From assembly GCA_938075675.1 (NCBI GenBank), contig CALJHE010000011.1, positions 10,603-74,602 of the forward strand: 64,000 bases of DNA, read 5' to 3'. The position numbers and the translations under genes are program-made. The notes beneath the pieces are model-generated. The model made no database searches. It saw only the letters and a program-made list of their open reading frames with translations, and had not been told where the DNA came from. Positions within the stretch are counted from its first letter, which is position 1; each line of letters opens with the position of its first letter. Origin of the DNA: Candidatus Poseidoniaceae archaeon (GTDB lineage: Archaea; Thermoplasmatota; Poseidoniia; Poseidoniales; Poseidoniaceae). Shown here one piece after another: positions 25,675 to 34,729 of this stretch.

Positions 25675-26682
25675 ATGTCGGATTCACCTGTATCAACGCA
25701 CGACCCGAAAGCCCCGGAAGAATCTGCAGAGCCATCGCCTCAAGAGCAGAAGAAAATGGAGCAAGCATACGCCCAAATGAAGCGTAAAATGTCAATGCAA
25801 GAAATCGGTAAGAAAATCAAGCACAAGGTCATGGTTCTCTCCGGCAAAGGTGGCGTCGGGAAATCAACAGTCTCTACTGGACTCGCTCTCTCTCTCGCCC
25901 AACAAGGCCTCTCGGTTGGCATCCTTGACATCGACATCACTGGACCAAACGTTCCGAAAATGATGGGACTCGACGGGCGCCGGTTGCATGTTGAATCCGG
26001 TCGCATTCACCCTGCTCAAGGCCACCTCGGTGTCAAGGTCATCTCGATGGCGTTTTTACTTGACAATGAAGACACTCCAGTCGTATGGCGTGGCCCGATT
26101 AAACTCGGTGCAATCCAGCAATTTATTGGTGATGTCGAATGGGGTGACTTGGATTACCTCATTATCGACTTCCCCCCAGGCACATCTGACGAACCGCTTA
26201 CGGTCGCTCAATCCCTGCCTGACATCGACGGAATGGTGATTGTTACCACGCCACAAGATGTCGCACTGCTTGACAGTCGCAAATCGATTACATTTTCCGA
26301 GTCGCTGAAAGTTCCAGTTCTCGGCGTTGTTGAAAACATGAGCGGATACACCGTTTCTGGTAAAGCAGCACCGGGCACGGAAATCGAAATTGCAGCACCT
26401 GCTGGGAAAACTCTGAAGACAACAACCGATGATGAAGGGAACTTCAGCGTCACATTGGATATCTTCAAAGAAGGAGGAGGGAAATCGACCGCGGAAGAAT
26501 TTGGCGTACCGTTCCTCGGCGCGCTCCCATTTGATCCTGGATTTGTCCGTGGCGGCGATGACGGTGTTCACCGAATCGTCAGCGAACCTGAAGGCGAATC
26601 TGCCATCGCTTTTGCCGGAGTAGTAGCCGCTCTTCAAGAACAAATTGTTGACGGTGACTCGGTCGGTCTTGAGATTATTTGA
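25675..26682 (+). CDS. Mrp/NBP35/ApbC-family P-loop ATPase, atypical (no cysteines, insertion in place of CXXC)
   Basis: The deviant Walker A (VLSGKGGVGKSTVS), DFPPGTSD and VVENMS are all present. The expected C-x-x-C after ENMS is replaced by GYTVSGKAAPGTEIEIAAPAGKTLKTTTDDEGNFSVTLDIF. Confidence 0.85.
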   Translation: MSDSPVSTHDPKAPEESAEPSPQEQKKMEQAYAQMKRKMSMQEIGKKIKHKVMVLSGKGGVGKSTVSTGLALSLAQQGLSVGILDIDITGPNVPKMMGLDGRRLHVESGRIHPAQGHLGVKVISMAFLLDNEDTPVVWRGPIKLGAIQQFIGDVEWGDLDYLIIDFPPGTSDEPLTVAQSLPDIDGMVIVTTPQDVALLDSRKSITFSESLKVPVLGVVENMSGYTVSGKAAPGTEIEIAAPAGKTLKTTTDDEGNFSVTLDIFKEGGGKSTAEEFGVPFLGALPFDPGFVRGGDDGVHRIVSEPEGESAIAFAGVVAALQEQIVDGDSVGLEII

Positions 26683-26692
26683 TGGTGGAATT

Positions 26693-27046
26693 ATGACCGA
26701 CGAGATGCCAAAGATGACACGGTTTGAGCGCAGAGAATTTGATGTCCAGCTCACCTATGCTGACGAATCTGAGTTCGATATTACCTACGATGATTTGCGC
26801 CATGCGTGCCCATGTGCAAAATGCTCACCAATGCGTAATCAAGACGAGACGAGCAAAACGCTCCGCCGTCAAGTCGAAGCACTACCAAAAGAAAAACCGA
26901 AAGTTCGAACCGTAGGCAACTACGCCTTAGGTTTCGAATGGACGCAAGGATGTTCAAGCGGTATTTACCGATTTGAGCGAATTTGGGACTTGGCCAACCG
27001 CAGAGACCCAGACAACGGTAAGCCATACGTCCACGGTGCTTGGTGA
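26693..27046 (+). CDS. DUF971-family protein
   Basis: The motif YDDLRHACPCAKCSP is typical of DUF971 (gamma-butyrobetaine hydroxylase-like N-terminal domain). The ATG at 26693 is 11 nt after the mrp-like stop. Confidence 0.7.
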   Translation: MTDEMPKMTRFERREFDVQLTYADESEFDITYDDLRHACPCAKCSPMRNQDETSKTLRRQVEALPKEKPKVRTVGNYALGFEWTQGCSSGIYRFERIWDLANRRDPDNGKPYVHGAW

Positions 27047-27123
27047 ACAAAGACTGGATTTTGCTGAAAAAAACCTGCGAGGTTTCATGTGCAGTAGACA
27101 ACCCCGTAGGGGTTGGGGTTTCT

Positions 27124-29211
27124 ATGGACGGCATCTATCTGACTTGGATGATCAGTGCAATGACACTGGGCATACTCCTCATGCCGGTGTTCAAACCACC
27201 GTGGGTCAAAGTCACCCTACCAGCATTCATTGACTTCTTTCGACGCTATTGGATTCACATGACCATCGTGTTCATTATTTACAACTCGAAAGACCTCTTG
27301 GACCAAGTCGACCGAATCATCATTGCCAACACCGGACTTGACATGACGCCACTTATCTATGGCATCGAAGGAAGTTTGGTATTGGAGGTTCAACAGACCT
27401 TTGAAGCAAAATGGCTGACCGTTGCATTGACCCACTTTTATGTTGCAGGATTCATGTTCATTTGCTATGTTTCAGTGTTTTACTTTGCCTTCTTTGATGA
27501 CCGTTGGATTGCTGACCGAATGACCTTGAGTATCGCTTGGGTCTACATATTAGCCATTCCGTTTTATCTGTTCTTCAATGTTCGAGTTACGGGTGATTAT
27601 GTACCAGGAATGGAAACGCTTGCCTATGATTTAACACCTGAAATCAGCGACTGGTTCCGACGCATCGACCCGTTCACAAACGGCATGCCATCCCTGCACA
27701 TAGGCATCCCATTTGCCGTTTGGTTGTGCCTTACTCGGTTTGATGAAGACCGACGATGGAACAGATACCGCGCCATGGTGTTGGGCTATACGCTGGTCAC
27801 CGCATTTGCCATTATTTATTTGGGAATCCACTGGTTCTCCGACATCATCGGTGGCATGCTCATTGCTGCGTTGGCTGTATCTTTTGCAGACAAAACCTCT
27901 GACGGTTGGTGGAAAGTGTTTGACGAACGAACAATGAACGCACGAATCGTCACTCTGTTAACCAATCCAAACAAGGCCTATTCCATTGTATCCAGCCGGA
28001 TTTCCTCCACTTTCAAGCGTTATCGAAATCCGAGCAGTAGAGAAACGGGCCGAATGGCAATTGTCGTGTTTTTGCTGATGTTCAGCATCATCACTTGGGA
28101 ATTGAGCCATCAATCGTTGCCTGCCGGGGGAATTGAAGCACCTGAAGTTGTAGCAGTAGACGATGGTTGGATGGCTACTATTGACAACCGGAGCACAGGT
28201 CCAGTCATGGTGATCCACGACTTAACCGACCTTGACACTACATGGGAAGTGATGAACGGGAGCATCGAAGTAGATTCTCCTTACACCATATCTGGCTCTC
28301 TAATGGCCGTCTCCAATCAAACGACATTATCGATCTATAATCTCAACGTTATCAGCGTCTCTGCCCAACCAATGATGGTGATGGATATGCCCAGAGCAGA
28401 TGAGGTGATTCTGACCGGAGCAGACGATGTTGAATACATCATTACAAAATCGGATGGGGGATTGGAGGCGTTCGATCTCGAAGGCAATGAAGTCACGCTT
28501 GGATTTGAAACAACAGGAATCGAACTTGTCCGTGCTAATGGCCTTGAACTTGCCATGGTCATAGAGGATGAGCCAACCAGCATTCAATTCTCTCGCATCG
28601 GTTCGTCAGGCTCCATCACCATCAAAGAAATCAATGCAACTGGACCTGCTGAACAAGATGAAATTCTCGAATTGTGGGGCACGCCAGCAGATATGGAAAA
28701 CGCAACCATCACTGACTTTGTGTACGATGATGCGTATCTTGCCGTCACTGTAAATGTCACTGCAACCGAACGCTTGGTGGTCTACAATCGCTCAACCGAT
28801 GAACAGTGGTTGGCCAGCGATGCAAAATACGCAGTGAGTGACCCTTCGATGAAAAACGGCATTTTGGCTTGGTCGATACGGGACCATCTTGACCCCACCA
28901 ACCCTCTCGAGAAATACATGGACGGTGAGATTCAATACGTCAACCTCACCGAGAATCAAACGCAATCGTTGACTTCTGATTCACTGCATCAATGGAATCC
29001 AAAAGTTCTCGAACATCATTTGGTGTATTTTGAGGAATCGAACGATGGCGAAATCACGGTACACATCCATTCTTGGGAGCCTGAAATCACAGTCTACTCC
29101 AACATCATTCTTCAAATTGGAATCGTCGTTGGCGTACTCTTGGTCTTCGCCTATGTCGTTCAACGGCAATCAGAATTGAGAAGTTCCAATGAAAGTAATC
29201 AAAAGAAATAA
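27124..29211 (+). CDS. PAP2-superfamily polytopic membrane domain fused to a large extracytoplasmic domain and a C-terminal TM helix
   Basis: PAP2-type motifs MPSLHIGIPF and GIHWFSDIIGGMLIA lie within a multi-TM N-terminal third. About 330 aa of soluble sequence follow, then a terminal helix (IILQIGIVVGVLLVFAYVV). The start was set to the ATG at 27124. Confidence 0.65.
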   Translation: MDGIYLTWMISAMTLGILLMPVFKPPWVKVTLPAFIDFFRRYWIHMTIVFIIYNSKDLLDQVDRIIIANTGLDMTPLIYGIEGSLVLEVQQTFEAKWLTVALTHFYVAGFMFICYVSVFYFAFFDDRWIADRMTLSIAWVYILAIPFYLFFNVRVTGDYVPGMETLAYDLTPEISDWFRRIDPFTNGMPSLHIGIPFAVWLCLTRFDEDRRWNRYRAMVLGYTLVTAFAIIYLGIHWFSDIIGGMLIAALAVSFADKTSDGWWKVFDERTMNARIVTLLTNPNKAYSIVSSRISSTFKRYRNPSSRETGRMAIVVFLLMFSIITWELSHQSLPAGGIEAPEVVAVDDGWMATIDNRSTGPVMVIHDLTDLDTTWEVMNGSIEVDSPYTISGSLMAVSNQTTLSIYNLNVISVSAQPMMVMDMPRADEVILTGADDVEYIITKSDGGLEAFDLEGNEVTLGFETTGIELVRANGLELAMVIEDEPTSIQFSRIGSSGSITIKEINATGPAEQDEILELWGTPADMENATITDFVYDDAYLAVTVNVTATERLVVYNRSTDEQWLASDAKYAVSDPSMKNGILAWSIRDHLDPTNPLEKYMDGEIQYVNLTENQTQSLTSDSLHQWNPKVLEHHLVYFEESNDGEITVHIHSWEPEITVYSNIILQIGIVVGVLLVFAYVVQRQSELRSSNESNQKK

Positions 29212-30366
29212 TCACTTTTTGATGCTTAGCATTCGTTCAAGCGCCCACAGTGAGCCTTCTTGAATTGCTGGTGGCACTTGGATTTGGTTTGGTTTTTCGC
29301 CGTCGACGATGCGCTCGAGAACATCCATCAAGTAGGCTGGGTGAATCATGTACATTGTTGAGCAGGGACAGATTTCCGAATCGAGGCATTCGATGTGTTT
29401 GTCGGGGTGTTCATCGGCCAGTCGAGCCACCATGTTGATTTCAGTCCCAATCGCAATGCTTGAGCCAGAGGCTTGTTGTCCGACGAAGTTTCGAATGTAT
29501 TGCGTCGAGCCGTTGGCATCACTGGCTTCCACGGTTTCAATCGGACATTCAGGATGAACTACGACAATCCCTTCAGGGTGGCGAGAACGGAAATCTACTA
29601 TCTGCTCAGGAGTAAATCGCTTGTGGACGGAGCAGAAACCGTGCCAAAGAATAATTCGGCTGCCTTTCAGTTCCCCCATAGCACCGATTCCTGGCGTCCA
29701 TGTGGGCATCAAGTCGAGAGAAATTCCCATTGCGTTTCCAGTGTTACGACCGAGGTGTTGGTCGGGGAAGAAAAGAACTGCACCATCCTTACCTGCTCGC
29801 TCAAAAGCCCAGTTAAGGACGCCTTGTGCATTGCTTGAGGTACAAACGATTCCACCGTGGCGTCCTACGAAGTCCTTGAGGTCTGCACTGCTGTTCATGT
29901 AGGTTACGGGAACGAGGAATTTCTCACCCGAGCCTGCAACGGCAGTTGGATCGTCACGGTCGATTGGGTCATCAAGGCCTGCTTCTTCAAGCAAAGTTGT
30001 CCAAGCTGATTCGACTTCAGTGAGGGTAGCCATGTCGGCCATTGAGCAACCTGCTCGCATGTTTGGCAACACCACGACTTGCTCATCACTGGTGAGAATG
30101 TCTGCTGATTCTGCCATGAAATGGACACCACAAAAGACGATGTATTTTGCGTCTGATTCGGCCGCTTTTTGACTGAGCATGAACGAATCGCCAAGGAAAT
30201 CAGCGTGCTGTACGATGCTGTCCCGCTGGTAGTGGTGGCCCAAGATGAGCAGTTCATCGCCAAGTTCGACGCGTAACTCTTCAATCCTATCGGCTATCGC
30301 TTGCTCTTCGGGTGAAAGAGAGGTGTCCATGAAATCCACGGAACACATTGGCAGTGATACGGTCAT
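29212..30366 (-). CDS. nadA: Quinolinate synthase
   Basis: LGHHYQRD, FCGVHFMAESA, CSMADM, HPECP and CPCSTM are present, including the three 4Fe-4S cysteines. The start may instead be the ATG at 30330 (MDTSLS...). Confidence 0.9.
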   Translation of the reverse strand: MTVSLPMCSVDFMDTSLSPEEQAIADRIEELRVELGDELLILGHHYQRDSIVQHADFLGDSFMLSQKAAESDAKYIVFCGVHFMAESADILTSDEQVVVLPNMRAGCSMADMATLTEVESAWTTLLEEAGLDDPIDRDDPTAVAGSGEKFLVPVTYMNSSADLKDFVGRHGGIVCTSSNAQGVLNWAFERAGKDGAVLFFPDQHLGRNTGNAMGISLDLMPTWTPGIGAMGELKGSRIILWHGFCSVHKRFTPEQIVDFRSRHPEGIVVVHPECPIETVEASDANGSTQYIRNFVGQQASGSSIAIGTEINMVARLADEHPDKHIECLDSEICPCSTMYMIHPAYLMDVLERIVDGEKPNQIQVPPAIQEGSLWALERMLSIKK

Positions 30367-30450
30367 GCGCTTCAGTTACTGCACGAAGCCGTCCTTATTG
30401 AAACAAACCTTTGCTGAAGCGTTGATAAATAGGGACCTTGAGCGCCGTCT

Positions 30451-31134
30451 ATGGCCTTTGAACCGACAGAGCGGTTGCACCTCGGTGCAGAAGCAGAAGT
30501 GTGGGCAGGGACATGGATGGGCATGGATGCCGTGCGTAAACTCCGCCGTCCAAGAAAATGGCGACATCCGGACTTGGACCACCGCCTAGGCCATCGTAGA
30601 ATGATGAGCGAATCGCGCCTACTCATCCGCCTCAAGCGCAGCGGAGTCCGGGTGCCTGCGGTCTTCGACCTTGATCCAGAGAACGGTCGTATGATTCTTG
30701 AACGGATGCCCGGCCTTCCACTCATCGAAGTGTTACGGGACTCTACCCAGCCTGCGAACTTCATAACAACCGCCCTGAAGAACACTGGCCGTTTAATTCG
30801 CCGGTTGCACCGGGAAGCAATCACCCACGGTGACCTCTCGACCAACAACATCCTTGTCGATGAGAACGGTGATGTTTCGCTGATTGACTTCGGCTTGGCA
30901 GCCATTGACTATGAGGTAGAACGGTTCGGCATCGACCTTCACGTCGTCGATGAAATTCTTGGTGCATCGCATCCTGAGCACGCTGGTGCAATCGAGACAT
31001 TGCTCGAAGGATATGCGGCCGAAGAAGCGCTGCTTGGTGCTGCGCCCGAACAGTCAGGTGGAGCAGTTCCTACCGCTGCTGAAGTTCTAAAGCGCCTTGA
31101 CGATGTTCGCTCAAGAGTACGTTACCATGGATGA
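30451..31134 (+). CDS. bud32: Bud32 / Kae1-associated kinase (KEOPS subunit), stand-alone
   Basis: A small RIO-like kinase of 227 aa. It has the catalytic loop HGDLSTNNILV and the metal-binding LIDFGLA motif. Confidence 0.85.
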   Translation: MAFEPTERLHLGAEAEVWAGTWMGMDAVRKLRRPRKWRHPDLDHRLGHRRMMSESRLLIRLKRSGVRVPAVFDLDPENGRMILERMPGLPLIEVLRDSTQPANFITTALKNTGRLIRRLHREAITHGDLSTNNILVDENGDVSLIDFGLAAIDYEVERFGIDLHVVDEILGASHPEHAGAIETLLEGYAAEEALLGAAPEQSGGAVPTAAEVLKRLDDVRSRVRYHG

Positions 31135-31554
31135 TTATTCCATAAGGAGGCGAAGTTCTTCCAAACTACGCAACTCTGCCAGATAGATTTGTTCGATAGC
31201 ATCGTACATCTCTTGGTCGCCGACAGAATCGATTTCGAGCATAATTGCGGCATAAACTGACGCAGCTCTCGTTTCTGTATCCAATGAGTGAACCAGCATC
31301 TCATCGTATTGAGTGGTGTGAATAATTGGATGTGTGTTTCGTTCAGTGACCGGAATACCTCCAAGTTTGACTATCGCCTTTCGGACGATGTCAGCATGCA
31401 TGGTTGATTCGGTTGCTTCGGTGGTAAACATTGGAGAGAGTTGGAGTCGGTGTATTCCGCGAATGTTTGCAGCATAGTGGGCGTACATGTTTGCAGCTCG
31501 TAGTTCCCAACCGAGGGCTTCATTCAGCGTTTTTATGAGGTTGTGTTCTTTCAT
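31135..31554 (-). CDS. Ferritin-like four-helix-bundle protein
   Basis: ELRAANMYAHYA and an ExxH motif (ATESTMHADIV) resemble ferritin, Dps or bacterioferritin-like proteins. I could not see a second ExxH. Confidence 0.55.
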   Translation of the reverse strand: MKEHNLIKTLNEALGWELRAANMYAHYAANIRGIHRLQLSPMFTTEATESTMHADIVRKAIVKLGGIPVTERNTHPIIHTTQYDEMLVHSLDTETRAASVYAAIMLEIDSVGDQEMYDAIEQIYLAELRSLEELRLLME

Positions 31555-31640
31555 GGTATCAACTCTTAGGGTAAACGAAAACTTACCGTCACGCTTTCCG
31601 TAGACATCACTAGTTTGGAGTCCTACATAAAGTCATTTCA

Positions 31641-32012
31641 TCAAGCAAAAACAGATTCTGCAACTTTCCAGCCAAGGAGTGCTAAGACTGGACTCAACAT
31701 CATGGTGATGACAACATAAACCATGGCTGATGTGGTATTACCTTGATCAAACATCTGGATGGTTTCAACCGAAAAGGTCGACATGGTCGTAAACGCACCG
31801 AGGACACCGGTGCCAAGCAGTAACGCCATGTTGCTCGTCAAAAGGTTTTGAGCAAGTCCAACAGCGAGTATGCCGAGCAAAAATGAACCAATGAGATTCA
31901 CTGAAAGAGTCGCATAAGGGAAGGAATCTGAAGCCAAGAACTCGCTCACAGCATAACGCAATGCTGCTCCAAATGCTCCACCAAGTGCCACCAGTCCAAT
32001 CTGTTGCAACAT
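31641..32012 (-). CDS. crcB: Fluoride ion channel CrcB/FluC
   Basis: It is 123 aa with four TM helices. It carries LGGAFGAALRY and GAFTTMSTFSVET motifs. Confidence 0.85.
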   Translation of the reverse strand: MLQQIGLVALGGAFGAALRYAVSEFLASDSFPYATLSVNLIGSFLLGILAVGLAQNLLTSNMALLLGTGVLGAFTTMSTFSVETIQMFDQGNTTSAMVYVVITMMLSPVLALLGWKVAESVFA

Positions 32013-32114
32013 AAGCCGTGCTTGCCACGAAAGGACTTGAAGCCTCGCCTTGACTCAACCCACCGCCAAAGGTTTCGAACCTATACCTCAATATGCACAA
32101 GCCGTAGCAGAGTC

Positions 32115-32780
32115 ATGGCTCGGACTGTATGGTTCCTCACTGGGAACCCTGGCAAAATCGAAGAAGCAACGAACTACCTCGAACCTTTGGGGTACGAGGT
32201 AAAGCAACTACTCGTCGAAAAGGGCACAATCATCGAACCTCAAGCCGACACGTTGGAAGAAGTTGCGCAGTCCAAAATATCGCAAGCGCTTGCACATCTA
32301 CCCGGTGGCGAAGATTCAAACGATTTGCTCATGGTCGAAGACGCGGGTTTGTTTATTGATGCCCTCAACGGTTTCCCTGGCGTCATTTCAGCCTACGCTT
32401 TGAAGACCATAGGATGCAATGGAGTGCTCAAATTACTCGAACATCTGAAGAGTGAAGATACTGTCCAAGCCGCACAATTGCGTTCAGCCGAATTCCAAGC
32501 GGTGGCCGCATTGTGGAACAAAGGAGAAATTCTCTACGGAAACGGCCGATGCCCCGGTTGGATTGCTCTTGCGAGCAGCGAAGGTGAAGGATTCGGTTTC
32601 GACCCTATCTTTACCCCGTATGACCTTGATGTACTGGGAGAACCACTTCAACCTGGCAACTATGGAGCACAAAGTACCCATGGGAAGACCTTTGGGGCAA
32701 TTCCAATGGATGAAAAGCAAGTCTACAGCCACCGAACAAGGGCGTTGAATGACTTGTTACGGCAATTGCCATCAGCATGA
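32115..32780 (+). CDS. Non-canonical purine NTP pyrophosphatase (HAM1/RdgB/ITPase)
   Basis: LTGNPGKIEE, EDAGLFIDALNGFPGV and FGFDPIF are present. The start was set to the ATG at 32115, because the track ORF from 32004 overlaps crcB. Confidence 0.85.
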   Translation: MARTVWFLTGNPGKIEEATNYLEPLGYEVKQLLVEKGTIIEPQADTLEEVAQSKISQALAHLPGGEDSNDLLMVEDAGLFIDALNGFPGVISAYALKTIGCNGVLKLLEHLKSEDTVQAAQLRSAEFQAVAALWNKGEILYGNGRCPGWIALASSEGEGFGFDPIFTPYDLDVLGEPLQPGNYGAQSTHGKTFGAIPMDEKQVYSHRTRALNDLLRQLPSA

Positions 32781-32798
32781 TAAGTCAAAACCAACTGG

Positions 32799-33752
32799 AT
32801 GGATGTGAGGGACATGGGATTCGTACGTACTGTTACTGGGTTAGGAGCCCTCGGTATCACTGCGTTCTATTTGTTGAATTCAAGTTCACTCACTTCCAAT
32901 TTCCAATGGATATGCATTGCAGCAATCCTCGTGCTCACTTTTGCATGGATTACCATGGGATCACCCAAAACACAAGTCCATGGACAAGCTCGGCCAGTCC
33001 AAAAAATCGCTGTGCCTGCTGAAGAAGAAGGACAATCAGTCGGTGGACATGAAAGTGAAATTGACATTCCAGAACCGATCAAAGAAAACGAACTGGACGG
33101 AGCAACATTGCGTGAACGCAAACTTGCAAAGATTCAATCTGCTCAAGCAAAGCAAGAAGAAGTGATTGCAGCAACTTTGGCTGCAGAAATCGATACCTCC
33201 GGGGAAGAAATTGTCGAAGTGACGGTGGAAGATGTCCACGTTGCGAATGAATTCGTGGTGGAAGTCAGTCCAGAATCTGTTGAGAATGCTGACATTGCGA
33301 TGGCAATCTCACAACGTAAAATCAAGCACGATAAGATTCGAAAGAAGATCGAAATGCGACGCAGAGGACAATTGGCGGACATTCGCGCTTCCACTGCAAG
33401 AATGTGGGAAGAGCAAACCGCTGGTGAAGATATTGTCAAACTGCTTCAAACTCCAGGCCACGGTCATTCTGTACTCAATTCTCCTGAGCATCCAACGCCC
33501 GGCCACGTCTACGGCGCCACTTTTATCCGAATAGACGAATCCCGAATTCTCAAACTTCGCACACCACTCGATGATGGATTCCAACAGGTAAAGAAGAAAG
33601 AGGAGCCTACCTTACCACCTTTGATTGGACCGGATGGGTTGCCTCTACCTCCTTTGATGGGCCCAGATGGAGCAACCCTTCCACTACCGAATCTCCCCCA
33701 GCCTGATGCAAGCAGCGCATTAGCCCTGTTGAAAAAAGAAATGAACGATTGA
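32799..33752 (+). CDS. Hypothetical membrane protein with charged coiled region and Pro-rich C-terminal tandem motif
   Basis: Two N-terminal TM helices are followed by an E/K-rich middle segment. The C-terminus reads PPLIGPDGLPL-PPLMGPDGATL. Confidence 0.5.
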   Translation: MDVRDMGFVRTVTGLGALGITAFYLLNSSSLTSNFQWICIAAILVLTFAWITMGSPKTQVHGQARPVQKIAVPAEEEGQSVGGHESEIDIPEPIKENELDGATLRERKLAKIQSAQAKQEEVIAATLAAEIDTSGEEIVEVTVEDVHVANEFVVEVSPESVENADIAMAISQRKIKHDKIRKKIEMRRRGQLADIRASTARMWEEQTAGEDIVKLLQTPGHGHSVLNSPEHPTPGHVYGATFIRIDESRILKLRTPLDDGFQQVKKKEEPTLPPLIGPDGLPLPPLMGPDGATLPLPNLPQPDASSALALLKKEMND

Positions 33753-33808
33753 ACTGCATTACGGGTCAACATTGAAGTGGCTTCGACTCGAAGTGAACTT
33801 GAAAGGTC

Positions 33809-34531
33809 ATGAGCAGTGAAGTAACCTTGCACGGAAATTCGGGCCAGAACGCCCGTAATACGGCCTTACTCGGATTAATCTTGGTGAGTATTGCCCCAAG
33901 TATTTCAGTCACAACTGGATTTGTATTCCAAGCAGGTGTCTTTTCTGTGTTCGTATTTGTATTCACAAAAATGTGGATGTTCGGCCTTCCAGGATTTTGG
34001 CATTTGAAAGTGGAAAATCAAGCGTTCTCTTGGTCAACCGCCAAAAAAGGCGGGTGGTGGATGTCCTTACTGCTCGGAATCGGCATGATGTTGGTCGTAT
34101 GGTTCGCCTACTTTCTGCTTGGAGAACAGATGCTACAACCGGATGCTCTGAAATCGATACTTGATCCTGTTGGACTCACAGTTCCTTGGAAGTTAGCAGC
34201 AGCAATCGTGTTCTGGGTGTTTATTAATTCCGTTCTCGAAGAATATGTATTCAGATGGTTCATCACATCGAAAGTCGAACAATTCGTTGATGGTAAGTGG
34301 CGTTCTACGTTCATTTCTTCTGCCATATTCACCCTTCACCACTCCATTGCACTGGTATTCTTCCTTGACCCTGTGGGGGCTTTCCTAGCATCCCTGGGTG
34401 TATTTATTGGAGGTTCAATCTTTTCTTGGTTGTATCTTGAATACCGAAGCATTTGGGTTGCTTGGGTCGCTCATGCTTGTGCTGATATAGCGATTTTTGC
34501 CATCGCCTGGGACATTGTCATTGGCTTCTAA
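33809..34531 (+). CDS. CPBP-family intramembrane glutamic protease (CAAX protease/Abi)
   Basis: Motif 1 (LEEYVFRW), motif 2 (FTLHH) and a later His (WVAHACAD) lie within a polytopic membrane protein. Confidence 0.75.
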   Translation: MSSEVTLHGNSGQNARNTALLGLILVSIAPSISVTTGFVFQAGVFSVFVFVFTKMWMFGLPGFWHLKVENQAFSWSTAKKGGWWMSLLLGIGMMLVVWFAYFLLGEQMLQPDALKSILDPVGLTVPWKLAAAIVFWVFINSVLEEYVFRWFITSKVEQFVDGKWRSTFISSAIFTLHHSIALVFFLDPVGAFLASLGVFIGGSIFSWLYLEYRSIWVAWVAHACADIAIFAIAWDIVIGF

Positions 34532-34729
34532 ATCGGCCTAAATCGCTCAAAAACGGGACATCCCGCACTTCTTTGATAAAGGGTCGCCCCTTATCTCAGT
34601 TGTAGGCAAGACAAAGAATACCGTCAGTCCATCCAGGTGAAAACATGAACGAATAATCTCCAAGACGCTGAAATCGCAATGCTGTGGCTAAGCCATGGCA
34701 AAGCCATAAGCAAAAATTGGAGATAGAAC

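Noticed and set aside
26056-26754. A 232-aa antisense ORF over the mrp-like gene. Similar long antisense ORFs occur at 4727-5521, 17141-17758, 30372-30905, 48493-49068, 50590-51252, 55762-56313 and 60244-60885.
   Set aside because: Each lies opposite a gene with strong family motifs and lacks motifs of its own. They are treated as shadow ORFs.
32013-32114. A possible fluoride riboswitch upstream of crcB.
   Set aside because: I read the minus strand for the crcB-motif core (GGCGATG...pseudoknot...CTGATGA-like 3' part) and could not find it. Only a covariance-model search could settle this.
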